Below are positions 63,462-64,000 of a stretch of 64,000 nucleotides of DNA, piece after piece. The stretch spans positions 2,542,001-2,606,000 of the forward strand of contig CDRNST010000036.1 in the NCBI GenBank assembly GCA_977016875.1, written 5' to 3'. Origin of the DNA: Pavona decussata. Its lineage: Eukaryota. The notes under the pieces are model-generated. The model had not been told where the DNA came from. It made no database searches and saw only the letters and a program-made list of their open reading frames with translations. How positions within the stretch are numbered: the first letter of the stretch is position 1; the number at the start of each line of letters is the position of its first letter. The position numbers and the translations under genes are program-made.

Positions 63462-64000
63462 AACAATTGGTTATTTATCAGTTCTATTTTTGATGCCTAG
63501 GAAGGGGGCGCAAGTTAGACAGTTATTCCCTGCAGAATAATTGTGAGCATGAAAACTTCAATTAAAAATTCTCGTTTGCAATTGATTTTCTGTGTGCCTG
63601 TTTATTGGGTTATTGCAGTGCGTTAACACCGGGTGTCCAATATAACTGTTTGAAATTGGACAACTGTTATATTGGGCACCAATCCCACAAACGCGTCAAT
63701 TATGCGCACCTGAATTGGTTCCTTCAAGCTCTCCATATATGACAGGCTTGTCACTAAAAACACAAACGTTCTCATGCGATATTCTGAGGGTGAAAGTTGT
63801 TACTGATACAATGTACCACTAGTTATCATATTATTGCACTTCGTGTTATACAATTCAGGCAGTTCTTGTGCTATGTTTTAATTGGCTTCAAAGGAATTTG
63901 ATATTTCTCATCCAATCACTGGCTAAATTACACTCCAAGCTGGCCAATTACTACTATTAGCAGCCGAAGTCTTGCATAATTAGGAGTACAAAAAGAACCT

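Overview
AT-rich eukaryotic DNA with GT-AG introns and (TAA)n-tailed retroelements. The repeat families look like those of an anthozoan such as a stony coral (inference). The window is almost entirely nested transposable elements, and I cannot support any intact host gene, rRNA, tRNA or CRISPR array. Three DNA transposons keep both termini. (1) An 8.36-kb AcademH-type element (10028-18386) has 80-bp TIRs, a spliced transposase and a convergent RecQ-type helicase, and sits inside a Penelope GIY-YIG fragment. (2) A 7.0-kb Kolobok element (24303-31298) has TTAA TSDs, 218-bp TIRs, a THAP-DDE transposase and an intact three-exon gene for a P2X7-C-terminus-like Cys-rich protein. (3) A 2.9-kb piggyBac (55276-58191) sits inside an internally deleted DIRS element. 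Also present are two Penelope elements, each with a minimal hammerhead ribozyme, plus L2/CR1, Tx1/L1, BEL/Pao (LTR, PBS, gag), EnSpm, AcademX, a second Kolobok, ISL2EU/Harbinger and IS3EU-type remnants, MITEs and SINEs. The most unusual observation, invisible in the ORF track, is a decayed multi-exon gene at about 32010-36868 (minus strand). Its spliced product carries a RAG1/Transib-type YxHxxxxH-x19-E catalytic region followed by a Ulp1/SENP-type (C48) protease domain. All family assignments come from motifs read by eye; no database search was run.
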